Shown here piece by piece: positions 16,759-27,037 of a stretch of 64,000 bases of DNA; within the stretch, counting starts at the first letter, position 1, and each line of letters opens with the position of its first letter. The stretch lies in sequence record NC_070958.1. One strand, 5' to 3'. The notes under the pieces are model-generated. The model had not been told where the DNA came from and did not search any database. It saw only the letters and a program-made list of their open reading frames with translations. The position numbers and the translations under genes were made by a program.

Positions 16759-18085
16759 CTACAAGACCGTCCTTAATGAATTGATAGCGAGTCGCCATAG
16801 TGATCTTGGCAACGCTACTACGTTTTGTCAGGTACATCCGACCACCGATAGTCACCCGCTGCATACCTGCCGGAGGGAGGTCTGTCGGACGGTTGACTTC
16901 CGCAGCAGCCAGCATGGATTCCAAGTCGAACACGAACTGGTGAGTCTCTTTACTCATGTAACCAGCCTGGCTGTCGTCGGACGGAATCAGTTGGTAATCA
17001 GGGAATACCTGACGGATGTGGATGCGACCTTGGTTGTTCCGGGGCTTGCCTACAAAGGACACCGATGCCGATTTATAGAGGGAAGGAACGATCTGGAGGG
17101 ATTTTATGATATCATCCTCTGCGTAGAAGTCAGCGTACTTCTTCGCAAGTGCATCTCCACCTTGGAAAGTAAAGATAGGACTCAGAGTAGAACCTCTCTG
17201 TGTCTCGTTCAACAATGCAAGCTCATTCCAGTGAGGAATGGCGATGAACTCCAGTGGGTTAAACAAGTCTGGTATGACTTCCTCCCACTTGGTTTCGGGG
17301 TGCTTGGAGTTGGAGAGAATACAGTTTCGGATCGCCTCAAATGTTTCTTCTTCGGCGTCGTTCGGGTTCCCGTAATAAATCACCGTCCAAACAGCTTTAT
17401 TGAACTTCGGCTTGTTGATCAAGTCGTAGACATTAAAGGTGTAAGTGGTGCGCAGTGTGTACGGATCGGTTTTACCAACCAGGGCATCAACGCGATCTTG
17501 GACCTTATCGGTGGTTTCTTCGTACAGACGGTTTTGCACTTCTTTATAGTTGTGCCCTGCCAGATAGTCGATGTCACCAGGAGGGATAGGACCAACGACG
17601 TAGATCTCCCGGTACGGGAACTCCAGAGCAAAGGCGGCATTAGCCATCCAGATTTTGAACTCGTGGACCACCCCACCTGCTTCATAGGTGAAGTTAATGC
17701 TGGAGGGTAACCAGATAGTGCTATTGGTCACCATCTCACCAACACTCTTCCAAACCCATCCTTTCGAGAAATTGGTCTTGAGAGCTTGGAGACAGATATT
17801 GGAATCATCAGTGATGTTTCCCTTCTTCGCCTCGTTGTACAGCCAGTCCAGCATCGTGAGAACCGGGTCTTGGTGACTCGTCGGAATCTGCTCATAGCGG
17901 TTTTCCGGGGAGTCCAATTTAACACCACGGAATCCAACCAACAGAACGGGACTGTCTTTCTTGAAATAGAAGTCAGGTTCCTTCGCATAGGTTTTGGTCT
18001 TATTGGTCAACTCACCGATTGGTGAGTTAGAACCATTCCTTACCAAACCCGCCACTTCCGCGAAGCAACTGTAGAGGTTACTCAT
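16748..18085 (-). CDS. Putative virion structural protein (phiKZ gp157-like by synteny)
   Basis: 445 aa; position next to the RNase H-like gene as recalled for phiKZ; SD GAGG. Confidence 0.55.
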   Translation of the reverse strand: MSNLYSCFAEVAGLVRNGSNSPIGELTNKTKTYAKEPDFYFKKDSPVLLVGFRGVKLDSPENRYEQIPTSHQDPVLTMLDWLYNEAKKGNITDDSNICLQALKTNFSKGWVWKSVGEMVTNSTIWLPSSINFTYEAGGVVHEFKIWMANAAFALEFPYREIYVVGPIPPGDIDYLAGHNYKEVQNRLYEETTDKVQDRVDALVGKTDPYTLRTTYTFNVYDLINKPKFNKAVWTVIYYGNPNDAEEETFEAIRNCILSNSKHPETKWEEVIPDLFNPLEFIAIPHWNELALLNETQRGSTLSPIFTFQGGDALAKKYADFYAEDDIIKSLQIVPSLYKSASVSFVGKPRNNQGRIHIRQVFPDYQLIPSDDSQAGYMSKETHQFVFDLESMLAAAEVNRPTDLPPAGMQRVTIGGRMYLTKRSSVAKITMATRYQFIKDGLVDDE

Positions 18086-18128
18086 ACTTTTTGATCCTCA
18101 GGTTATTGTACAATGAATAGGGTGTGAA

Positions 18129-18563
18129 TTGATAAAATGGTGGAACATAAAAATGTGGTTCGTGATAAGGGAGGTAACAGACCGGTTCGTTTTGAACCGG
18201 GTGGTAAACTGGGCGTCTGATAAGACCCAGAAACACCTTGTCGGTAGCCTTTCCGGTGCCGTTGTGTTCTGTGTGTTCTTACTCATGATTCTGGCTAACG
18301 TTTCCGTTAAAGCCATGACTCTGTGGTATGAACGCCGAGCTCTTCTCGACAACTTGACTCATGTAGAGGCAAGAATGTTAGACGTGCAAGAGAACACGAA
18401 TCTCTTTATCGGTGTACTCCATGAGACGAATGAATCTAAACAGGCTTTGATCGCTGACAACATCAAGTTGAAAAATGACCTTAGCTTGTTGATGCTTCGT
18501 AACAAGGAGTTGGTAAAGAGAAATCGGCTGCTTGAAAAGGAGTTAGATCTCTCCCAGAAATAA
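18129..18563 (+). CDS. Single-TM plus coiled-coil protein (start TTG 18129 or ATG 18153)
   Basis: GAVVFCVFLLMILA TM followed by Leu heptads. Confidence 0.65.
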   Translation: MIKWWNIKMWFVIREVTDRFVLNRVVNWASDKTQKHLVGSLSGAVVFCVFLLMILANVSVKAMTLWYERRALLDNLTHVEARMLDVQENTNLFIGVLHETNESKQALIADNIKLKNDLSLLMLRNKELVKRNRLLEKELDLSQK

Positions 18564-18637
18564 AGTGATCTAAATAAAATTTCACTCAAAGAAGAATCGG
18601 TTGTCCCATAGTTAAACCCAACGTGCAGGTATAAACA

Positions 18638-20062
18638 ATGAATGTCGTCTATTATCTTGTCAGCACAGCTATTAAAGACAAGACGGTTGGTGTTTCGGGT
18701 GGTCATGGGTATTCCTACTCATCTCAACCCAACGGAAACACCAGAAAGTTGACCAAGGACACTCCATCCTCCTACGGATATTTCGTTAATGGAAGTCTGC
18801 AAAGCATTGCCGTCACTCAGGAAGGGATCTTCAATGGTCGTGGTCTTGGAGCACCAACACCACACGAAGCGTTCCTTTCTCACTTTGTAGCGCTGGTAGA
18901 ACATCTGAAAGATAAAGAAGTCGAGAAGCTCCTGATCATACACAACTGTCCTAATGGACAGAAACTGTTGAAAGCAGCAACCCTGACCGAAAAGTTTCGT
19001 AACAACGAACTGGTTCTGAGAGCACGGGAAAAGTTCAAAGAGCTGGGTGATCGTGTCATCCTTGATGACGAGTATTACGTTAAAGGTGGCGAAGGTGCCA
19101 AGCAAGCCCATAAACAATTGGACTTCGCAAAGGCCCTGGTAGAAGTCGGGCAACTCCAGATGGATGTCATTGATGAAATGACACCTAAAGAGTTTAAGAA
19201 CCCCGAGAATGACTTCAACAAGATAGTGACCGCATCCCGCTGGTATTTCAATACCGGTGATCGTTCGACGCATTACAACGTTGATGATAAAGGTTACTTG
19301 GAGTATAACTTTGGTCGTCCCGAGCCAGCCAAGCATTATTACGGCAAGGCCACCCCGGACACCATGTACTCCAGCTTGTTCACCAAGAAACCAATTACGG
19401 TTCTGGATAAACTGTACGACTTCTGTAAGGAACGTAAACCGAATCCATATAACCTGCTTGCAGCAGCGAATGTGGACATGGTCAAGTCCAAGGAGATTAG
19501 TCGGATTATCGACATCCTCCCTGGTACCGTGCAACGTAACAGTTTGGTAGCTCCAATGGAGATAGGTGGGAAGGAAGATCCCATCTTGGTCGATTTTATC
19601 GATCCTCCTGGCCTGTCATACCGTATCGTTGATTTCCATGAAAAGCTTCGGTACTACCACACCTTCTTCCAGATGCGAGATGAAAATAATGTTCATGGCA
19701 AATCAGCCTTTGTGGACATTACCAATCTTTTCTATCTTACTGATGAAAAGGGTAAAGTAAAAATCCATCCTGGGTTCACCAACAACACAATCACCATTCC
19801 CATTCCTGTGGAATGTCCTGGTTGTGTTAAACCGGTGACTATTAACTTGGCGATCAAGTATGATTGTCCTGAGCGTAATGCTTTCAACAGTCTGATCAAT
19901 AACAAGGTTGTTGATTTCAAGGTATGGCTTGGTTTGGACTTCTCCAATGAGTCGGGTGTTCGGTATTACACCATCATCGAGACTCCGGAGTTCAACTATA
20001 TTCATTCCAACGCTTCGGCCAATCTGCGTGTGTACAACCTGAAAGAACTCGGTCGTAGTTAA
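18638..20062 (+). CDS. RNase H-like protein (phiKZ gp155-like) with apparently degenerate active site
   Basis: RNNELV (cf. KNVDLW), YVKG (cf. WVKGH), SRWYFNT; synteny with UvsX block; DEDD residues not found. Confidence 0.55.
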   Translation: MNVVYYLVSTAIKDKTVGVSGGHGYSYSSQPNGNTRKLTKDTPSSYGYFVNGSLQSIAVTQEGIFNGRGLGAPTPHEAFLSHFVALVEHLKDKEVEKLLIIHNCPNGQKLLKAATLTEKFRNNELVLRAREKFKELGDRVILDDEYYVKGGEGAKQAHKQLDFAKALVEVGQLQMDVIDEMTPKEFKNPENDFNKIVTASRWYFNTGDRSTHYNVDDKGYLEYNFGRPEPAKHYYGKATPDTMYSSLFTKKPITVLDKLYDFCKERKPNPYNLLAAANVDMVKSKEISRIIDILPGTVQRNSLVAPMEIGGKEDPILVDFIDPPGLSYRIVDFHEKLRYYHTFFQMRDENNVHGKSAFVDITNLFYLTDEKGKVKIHPGFTNNTITIPIPVECPGCVKPVTINLAIKYDCPERNAFNSLINNKVVDFKVWLGLDFSNESGVRYYTIIETPEFNYIHSNASANLRVYNLKELGRS

Positions 20063-20078
20063 GAACGTAATTAAAGTA

Positions 20079-20118
20079 ACCCTCACCTCCCTTGACGGGG
20101 AGGTGAGGGTCTTTATCT
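20079..20118. terminator. Bidirectional terminator
   Basis: ACCCTCACCTCCC-TTGACG-GGGAGGTGAGGGT between convergent genes. Confidence 0.85.
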
Positions 20119-20124
20119 TATTTG

Positions 20125-21072
20125 TTATTTTTCAGAGGGGTCAAAACCCATGAAGGCTTCTAAATCTGCGATTTCGATCATATCAATCGGCCTGAAAGCC
20201 TTTGCCACATCACCACCGGCTTCACAGAGACGGAAGATGAGTTTGTTACAGCTATCGATCGCCCGGCCCAGTTCGTTGTTCATCTTGGTCAGGAAGTTGG
20301 TCACCTTGTTGGCGTGACGTTGTTCCATTTCCGTACCAGTTGCCAGCATCTTGTTGTAGATCTCAGCGAACTTGGTGTTCTCTGCAACAGATTTGGATTG
20401 GAGGTTACGATAGGCACCGCGCAGTCCTTGAACCAACGATGCCAGGTTATAAGCTTCTGCTGTGGTTTTTACGACACCGCTGAAGTTACCATCTTTACGA
20501 CGCTCGATCATGGAATCGACTTTGTCGTAAGCCGCCTGGATTGCTTTGAACTCCGCTTCGAAGGTGGGGCACTTCTCACCGATGGTTTCGGCTGACTTGC
20601 AAACGTCATTGATCATGCCGTTCTTGTTAGTGACGTACTTGTCACTCAAACCCTTCAAGGTTGCAGGAAGAGGCTTGGCCAGCAGGATATCGAGTTCTTT
20701 GGCTTTGGTCTCGGCCTTAGCTTTGACTTCATCGGACGCCGTCTTGATTTCGCTCTCTACTGCTTTGGAGACCTTGTTGGTATCGGCCACAGCTTTGGTA
20801 ACAGCTTGATCTTGACCACGACCTTTGGAACCAAAGAAGAAGTCCTTGACCATCTTCAGAAAGTTCATTACCATTTCGTAGAACTTCTTACCAGCACCAA
20901 CGATCGCAGTACCGAGACCTTCATTCCCTGCAATGTCTTCGAGTCCATTGAGACGGAGACAGGTATGAAGGTATTCACCATCAGGACCTTCCAGTTTGCC
21001 GGTTGTGTTCAGTTCTTCAAACCCCGCCAACAGGGCGTCGGTATGGTCCGGCATACCAAAAGCAATATTCAT
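20125..21072 (-). CDS. Putative internal head (ejection) protein with propeptide (start moved to 21072)
   Basis: SD AAGGAG before MNIAFG; IAGNE/G candidate protease site; helical Ala/Lys-rich body. Confidence 0.6.
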   Translation of the reverse strand: MNIAFGMPDHTDALLAGFEELNTTGKLEGPDGEYLHTCLRLNGLEDIAGNEGLGTAIVGAGKKFYEMVMNFLKMVKDFFFGSKGRGQDQAVTKAVADTNKVSKAVESEIKTASDEVKAKAETKAKELDILLAKPLPATLKGLSDKYVTNKNGMINDVCKSAETIGEKCPTFEAEFKAIQAAYDKVDSMIERRKDGNFSGVVKTTAEAYNLASLVQGLRGAYRNLQSKSVAENTKFAEIYNKMLATGTEMEQRHANKVTNFLTKMNNELGRAIDSCNKLIFRLCEAGGDVAKAFRPIDMIEIADLEAFMGFDPSEK

Positions 21073-21082
21073 GTAAAGCTCC

Positions 21083-23209
21083 TTAGAAAATATCGAGAAT
21101 GTTAGCCCGCTTGAAAATAGGCATTGCACGTTTGACAGTAAGTTCCAGATCTACTTCGAGATCTTTGTCCAGTGTAGGAACATCCCAAACCATCCCAGAT
21201 TCAAAACCACCGAATGCAATCGGATTCTGGTTGAGTTGTTTCAGACCAGGGATCTTACCACCGCCCATTAGTTGGTTCACCAGCTCTTCGGACCACTGCA
21301 TGATATCGATGGAACGAGAGGTGATGTTTTCTTCTTTACCAGTGTCCAAGTCGAAGAGATAGACAAAGCATTCTTCATCTTGCCCACGACGATAAATCCG
21401 AGCGATGGTCTGTACCAGTTCGTAAGAACGGAACGGGGAGTTCATCAAAAGGATTTGGTTTGCCATGGTCATCTGCCTACCTTCACGCAGAGTGTTGAAG
21501 GTGGTAACGAGCGGGTTGATTTCAGGTCTGTTGGTGAACTCATTAATGATGGTGTTGATCTCATTGGTGTTCTCACCGTACAGAGGACTCGCAATCATCC
21601 CTTGTGTTTCCAGATAACTTACTACCTCGTGCACAACGTCAACGTAAGAGGTGTAGACGAGCGTCTTCTTCTTAACAGCGTTGATGTACTTGGGAAGGTC
21701 TGCGTGAGCAATGGTAAGCCTTACAGCTTCCATACGGGCTTTACCGAGGACATTACCCAGCGCTTCACCACGGATCTTCAAATTCACATACTTGACGGCG
21801 GATTTGATGTGACGCCAGTATTTGCGTTGTTCACCGGTCATCCCCACAGTCTGTTCCATCTCTCGCTCAAACTCGTTAGCGAACTTGGAAAGCGGACCAT
21901 CGGTGGAGTTGTCGAAACCCTTGGTTCTGAACTTGTTAACGATCTCAAGATACTTGCGGAGTTTCTCGATATTGACTTTATCGTGAACCACTGCTTGTCT
22001 GTAGGCGTTAACAATGGATGTCCAGTCTTCCAGGTATTCGTCGGCCATGGATGCGTAGAAACGAACCCGATCGGTGATGAACATCGCCATTTCAGCGCGA
22101 ATAGCGTCCAGAGTGAAGTTCTCTGCACCAGGGAACTTAACCTTCACGATGATAGGTTCCGGAGGACTATCCATATTCGTAATTGCAGAAATGGTGTACT
22201 TGATCCGACCCAGTCGATGCGCAAGCATCTCGTTAAGGTAGGTGTTGTCGCGACCATAGAGCTTGAGGAACTGACTGTGTACAGCTTCATCGAACATCGG
22301 GTCGATGATGTTGAAGAGCGTAAAGGTTTCTTTACCCTGTGCCTTAATCGGCGTTCCGGACATCATCAGTACATCGGAAATAAATGGGTTCTTGCAAAAC
22401 GAAGCCAAACCTTTGGACTGGGAAGAAGTGTGTACGTTGTAGTTATGGGATTCATCAACAATAACTTTGGCGGGATTCCTTCCTGACTTAGTGATTGTTT
22501 TGATAGCCAGATCCCATTCACCGGTTCGGATTTGTTCTTTGTGGATAATGAATATCTTGGCGTCCAGGTGATCCATGATATCAGTACCGTCCAAAGTGGA
22601 CCAAACCTTTGGTGGGTTTTTGTACAGTTTGTTGATCTCTTCTTTCCAAGGGTTATCGACCAACCCCTTAGGAACAATAACGAAGATAGCTCCGTCACTG
22701 ATCATCTCCGCCCAAACCAGAGACGTTGGGGTCTTACCACTCCCTACTGCCGCATCCAGAAGACAACCACGTAGTTTGAACCCCTCTCTGATCCCATTGT
22801 AATTATCTAAGAAATCACGCTGGTCAGGATATGGTGTGATGGTAAATTTCTTCAGTGCTTTATTGACGTCATGGGACGGGAAAGTACGGAAAGTGCTTTC
22901 AACCCAAGTCTGAGTTTTGATCTCATCGTAGAGTTGTTTGTACTTGTGCATACCAACGTAGTAGCGGTCAACAACACGCTTGTTACTTTGGTTTGTAAGA
23001 TGATGAATCAACCAGGTGAATTCGATCATAAAGAACTGGTGAATCTTAAACGACCTTGAGGAGGTCCGAGTAATCAGGCGGCTGAATATTACGCTCGTTC
23101 CGAAATTACTCGATAAATCGTGTTCGAATGCTTTTACATTTATACCACTTACGGTATAGTAGGAACCCACCTTTTCTATTTTAGGTGAGAAGTTAAAGAA
23201 ACCCTGCAT
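21083..23209 (-). CDS. SF2 (SNF2-like) helicase/ATPase, phiKZ gp203-like
   Basis: DAAVGSGKT, VIVDESHN, MMSGTPIK, QTIARIYRRGQ. Confidence 0.88.
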   Translation of the reverse strand: MQGFFNFSPKIEKVGSYYTVSGINVKAFEHDLSSNFGTSVIFSRLITRTSSRSFKIHQFFMIEFTWLIHHLTNQSNKRVVDRYYVGMHKYKQLYDEIKTQTWVESTFRTFPSHDVNKALKKFTITPYPDQRDFLDNYNGIREGFKLRGCLLDAAVGSGKTPTSLVWAEMISDGAIFVIVPKGLVDNPWKEEINKLYKNPPKVWSTLDGTDIMDHLDAKIFIIHKEQIRTGEWDLAIKTITKSGRNPAKVIVDESHNYNVHTSSQSKGLASFCKNPFISDVLMMSGTPIKAQGKETFTLFNIIDPMFDEAVHSQFLKLYGRDNTYLNEMLAHRLGRIKYTISAITNMDSPPEPIIVKVKFPGAENFTLDAIRAEMAMFITDRVRFYASMADEYLEDWTSIVNAYRQAVVHDKVNIEKLRKYLEIVNKFRTKGFDNSTDGPLSKFANEFEREMEQTVGMTGEQRKYWRHIKSAVKYVNLKIRGEALGNVLGKARMEAVRLTIAHADLPKYINAVKKKTLVYTSYVDVVHEVVSYLETQGMIASPLYGENTNEINTIINEFTNRPEINPLVTTFNTLREGRQMTMANQILLMNSPFRSYELVQTIARIYRRGQDEECFVYLFDLDTGKEENITSRSIDIMQWSEELVNQLMGGGKIPGLKQLNQNPIAFGGFESGMVWDVPTLDKDLEVDLELTVKRAMPIFKRANILDIF

Positions 23210-23224
23210 AACGGAACCTTAGTC

Positions 23225-24322
23225 ATGAAGAAATTGGAAAGTTTGAATTTTGAGAACCTGATCAACCATGTTTACGCCATGGGTTTACAGCTCGGTGAGA
23301 ACATCGATTGCGCCGCTGATGATAAAGTGGTTGATGGTCATGTCATAGCATCGGTTGGTGTCCACCGTTTCGTGGTTCGTAACGACACCTGGGACACTTT
23401 CGTCAACGTGGTGAACAACGGTACAACCGACGAGTTTTACGGAATGGTCAACTCCGTTCAAGTGGCTATTCGTTACGAGGTGATCATGGAATCACCCAAC
23501 GATTACAAAGTCATTCCTGTCGTTGGCACCGAAGTGAAAGAAATTCCGAAGGCATTGGAGCAGCTCTTGCTGGAACGCACAACAGGTCTGATGAGCATCT
23601 GTGCCGGGGCAATGGGTCGGATCGCCAAACTCGTGAATATCGCTCAAGATCGAAACCAGCGTAATGGCGAACTGGTCAAAGACTTTGATGCGATGCTCAC
23701 TTTCAACACTGAGCTCGGTCATGGCTTCAAGCCAGAACTCTGCTTCGACAAGATTCCGGCCATTCTTCGTGAATACGAAGGTTTCCAGATCGACCGCACT
23801 CCGTTCACTCAGGAGCTCAAGGAGCAATTCCTGACCCACGAGTACAAGCTGATCGACCGTGAGCTGGAAATCCTCCACGACGTCGTACAGGCGTTCCTGA
23901 ACTCCAAAGCAGTCAAGTCTATGGTCTTGACCGAGGAGCTCGCGATCAACGTAGTGAACAGTGCACTGATCGCACCACTGCTGGATCAGCAAATCACCTT
24001 TATTAGTTTCGGTGGAGTTGACAACTGGCGGTTGACCGGGGATCTCACTCCTAACAGTCAGAAGTGTCACGACATCATGGATGTTGAAATCGAAAGTATC
24101 ATGGACATGCTTCGGACACTCCCGCTGGAAGAAGGTGTCGACTATTGGGCGATCGATACCAAGACTCTCAACGTTTACGGTCGGACCGAACTGAATGCAA
24201 CCAGTGAGAAACCTCACGACATCTCGGAAGCTATTTCCCTGAGCTATTGTGATGGTCTCCTTGAACTGTTGAAAGTTCGTCTGAGCATGCACGATAACAA
24301 ACACGTCATCACTATCAACTAA
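23225..24322 (+). CDS. Hypothetical protein
   Basis: 365 aa, phage-like codon use, head-to-head with helicase. Confidence 0.8.
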   Translation: MKKLESLNFENLINHVYAMGLQLGENIDCAADDKVVDGHVIASVGVHRFVVRNDTWDTFVNVVNNGTTDEFYGMVNSVQVAIRYEVIMESPNDYKVIPVVGTEVKEIPKALEQLLLERTTGLMSICAGAMGRIAKLVNIAQDRNQRNGELVKDFDAMLTFNTELGHGFKPELCFDKIPAILREYEGFQIDRTPFTQELKEQFLTHEYKLIDRELEILHDVVQAFLNSKAVKSMVLTEELAINVVNSALIAPLLDQQITFISFGGVDNWRLTGDLTPNSQKCHDIMDVEIESIMDMLRTLPLEEGVDYWAIDTKTLNVYGRTELNATSEKPHDISEAISLSYCDGLLELLKVRLSMHDNKHVITIN

Positions 24323-24328
24323 CAAACA

Positions 24329-24366
24329 AAAGACCCTAGGGCCGGTTTCCCAGCCCTAGGGTCTTT
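24329..24366. terminator. Bidirectional terminator
   Basis: AAAGACCCTAGGGC-CGGTTTCCCA-GCCCTAGGGTCTTT, 14 bp, between convergent genes. Confidence 0.85.
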
Positions 24367-24372
24367 ATGGTA

Positions 24373-25140
24373 TTAGTTCAACTTCGGAAGTTGGATCACG
24401 TGGTTGGTCATGATAGCAGTGAGGTTGCTCAGCTGTTCGGTAATGAAACCAACATACTGCACTGCTTGAGCCAACGTGTTCAGTGACTCATTCAAAATTT
24501 CCTGTTGGGGTTCACTGAGACTGATTTCCTGCTCCAGGATTTTCCGCTTGAGCAGATCAGCCATCCTGATTACTTCGTCTGCGCTCTTCGCCAGCATTTC
24601 GGCATCACGAGCGTTCAACTTACCGGCAACGCGGTTGAAGTTATCGAAGATATCTTTACCAATGGTCCAGTTGGGATAGAGCTCACTAACCGGACGAGTG
24701 GACGGATTCCCAACGGTGAATACCAGGTCGGTTTTGGCTTTCAGATCAAAGATCAGAGTCATTGTGTCATGATTGAACATAGCCACAGGGACTTGACCTT
24801 TAGCTGCTGCCAGTTTCAGACCACGGTAAACCGATTCGCAACCAGTGGTAGCAATTTGCATTGCACCGATAGCTTGCAGACACAATTCCACGTATTCCTG
24901 GAAGGAACATTTCGCCGGGTTAAAAAGAACTGGCGATTGGATATGTTTGTAAGCAATATCGAAATAGTTATTTTTGTGACGGAGGGTGTTGAACAAACCA
25001 CCATCTTTAATAACGTGAACCGACTTGTTGAAATTGCGAGCATTGAACTTGTCGATGCCGAGGCTCAGCTCAGAAAAGAAGGACGAAACCTTCTCGGACA
25101 GAGTCAGGGCTTCCTGACCCGCGATATTCGCGATTGACAT
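24373..25140 (-). CDS. Putative internal head protein (phiKZ gp153-like by synteny)
   Basis: N-terminal IAGQE/A candidate protease site; divergent from UvsX. Confidence 0.55.
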   Translation of the reverse strand: MSIANIAGQEALTLSEKVSSFFSELSLGIDKFNARNFNKSVHVIKDGGLFNTLRHKNNYFDIAYKHIQSPVLFNPAKCSFQEYVELCLQAIGAMQIATTGCESVYRGLKLAAAKGQVPVAMFNHDTMTLIFDLKAKTDLVFTVGNPSTRPVSELYPNWTIGKDIFDNFNRVAGKLNARDAEMLAKSADEVIRMADLLKRKILEQEISLSEPQQEILNESLNTLAQAVQYVGFITEQLSNLTAIMTNHVIQLPKLN

Positions 25141-25196
25141 ACTTTGGTTATCTCCAAACCGTAACGAGTTTCATAAGATAAATTAAGAGGACATAT

Positions 25197-26660
25197 ATGC
25201 TGGGTGCATTGGATTTCCTGAAAACCTATTCTGCTGAATCTGACCTCCAGATTGGGCTGAACGTTTCTCCCATTTTCGACATGCTGACAACCAGCATGAT
25301 CAAAGACCATCGTGGTGTCTGGGTACAGAACGGTGGTCTCATGCCTATCAACGCTCTGGCCGGTGGCAACAACACTCAGAAGACAGGTCGTACTGTGAAA
25401 GACACCGCGGCGTTGCTCTACCGTTTCCAAACCGCCAAAGTGTTGTACGGTGACTCTGAATCCACTCTGGACATTTCCCGTCTGGCCGAAGAGGTTGACC
25501 GTCTGTTTGATGAAGAGGGCTATTTCGAAGAGCACATCAACAACAAGCGCTTCTTCTACATGCCGTACTCTGCCGGGATCGATGGTACCGAACTCCACCG
25601 TCGTGTCCAAGAGATCTTCACTCGTATCGATGCGTTGTCCAAGTCCAAGGACAAGGACGAACAGGCTGCTTACGAAGGAATGTTCATCGACACTCCGTTC
25701 GTTTCTGCCAAGACCGGTAAACGGATTCGCGTCCAGGGTCCGATGTTGTTCATCATGGACTCCATCTCCGAAATTCTGTTCGACACGCTCATGTTCAAAC
25801 AGTTCGATGATGGTGACATCGATGAAGGCGGGAAGAAGCGTACCCGTGACATGGAAATCGGTAACATGCGTCGCATCCTGATGACTGACGTCTGTATGCT
25901 CGGTCCGCGTGTCGGACTCCGGAGTTACTGGATCGCTCAGTCCGCTGACGTCATGAACATCGATGGTAAGCCCAAGGAAAAAGACTCCACCTTTCTGCGT
26001 CACAACAAGAAGATCGCTGCTCCGAAAGCGATTCTCAAACTTCCGCACATTGGTGTGGAGATCATCCGCGGTGCGGTACTGAAACAGAACGACCACTCTG
26101 TCACCTATCCCCGTGGTAAAGAGTCCCAGATCTGTGCCAACGCCAAGAGCAATCCGGAACTGGTGGAGTACAGCACCACTGTCTTCCGTAACAAGTCTGG
26201 TCAGTCTGGCGGTGACATCAAGTTCATCGGTTCCCAGGAAGAAGGTATCCTGGAATCTCTGAGCATGTACAACTCTCTGAAAGACGAAGGGTATTTCGGA
26301 CTGAATGGATCTGCCATTCGTCACAACTGTGCCCTTATCCCCGACGTGTCGCTCACCCGACCCACCGTCCGTGACATCCTGGACGAGAACAAGAAGCTCC
26401 GCCGTGCTATCGAGATCACGTGGCAACTCTGGTACATGCAGACCTTCTGGACCAACTTCCCGGCTGAATGGCGAATCGAGCCTGCCAAGCTCTATGAAAT
26501 GGGTAAAGAGAAGGGTCTGGATTGGGATGACGTCCTCGAGAACACTGTGTACTTCTGGCATGACAACCCCGAGCACATCAAAGAACACACCCTTACTGTT
26601 TACGAACTCCTCGAGATCGTAGTTAACGGTAAGAAGCCCTATTGGAAGGAAACCAAGTAA
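25197..26660 (+). CDS. uvsX: UvsX/RecA-like recombinase (phiKZ gp152-like)
   Basis: Walker A-like GGNNTQKT, YGDSEST, Walker B IMDSIS; 487 aa; SD GAGGA. Confidence 0.8.
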   Translation: MLGALDFLKTYSAESDLQIGLNVSPIFDMLTTSMIKDHRGVWVQNGGLMPINALAGGNNTQKTGRTVKDTAALLYRFQTAKVLYGDSESTLDISRLAEEVDRLFDEEGYFEEHINNKRFFYMPYSAGIDGTELHRRVQEIFTRIDALSKSKDKDEQAAYEGMFIDTPFVSAKTGKRIRVQGPMLFIMDSISEILFDTLMFKQFDDGDIDEGGKKRTRDMEIGNMRRILMTDVCMLGPRVGLRSYWIAQSADVMNIDGKPKEKDSTFLRHNKKIAAPKAILKLPHIGVEIIRGAVLKQNDHSVTYPRGKESQICANAKSNPELVEYSTTVFRNKSGQSGGDIKFIGSQEEGILESLSMYNSLKDEGYFGLNGSAIRHNCALIPDVSLTRPTVRDILDENKKLRRAIEITWQLWYMQTFWTNFPAEWRIEPAKLYEMGKEKGLDWDDVLENTVYFWHDNPEHIKEHTLTVYELLEIVVNGKKPYWKETK

Positions 26661-27028
26661 TGACCGAACAAACCAACACCTCGATGTTTTACGACTACTC
26701 TGTGCTGGTAGTGGTGGAACCTGAGTTCGAATCCAAGGTTAAGGATATCGAGGCGTATCGTAACAACCTGGTCAAGCATCTGACCAAACGAGCGGGAGGG
26801 ACCCCGCTCCGTATTGTGACCCCGAAAGGTAAATTTGGGTTCGTGGGTTTCGAAGAGATGGAAAGCGATGATCGTAACAAAACTGCGTTCGTTCGTTCTG
26901 TTGAGGATTATTTGACCCAACTTAACGAGATCGTGGTTGTTGCCAACTATCAGCAGCATCCCTTCTTTGACGCTCTGAGCAACAGCGCCACAGGAGCAAG
27001 CAAGACGGTCTCTTTCTACGGTTATTAA
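26660..27028 (+). CDS. Hypothetical protein (start moved to ATG 26660)
   Basis: TAATG stop/start overlap with uvsX. Confidence 0.7.
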   Translation: MTEQTNTSMFYDYSVLVVVEPEFESKVKDIEAYRNNLVKHLTKRAGGTPLRIVTPKGKFGFVGFEEMESDDRNKTAFVRSVEDYLTQLNEIVVVANYQQHPFFDALSNSATGASKTVSFYGY

Positions 27029-27037
27029 GGAACCCTC

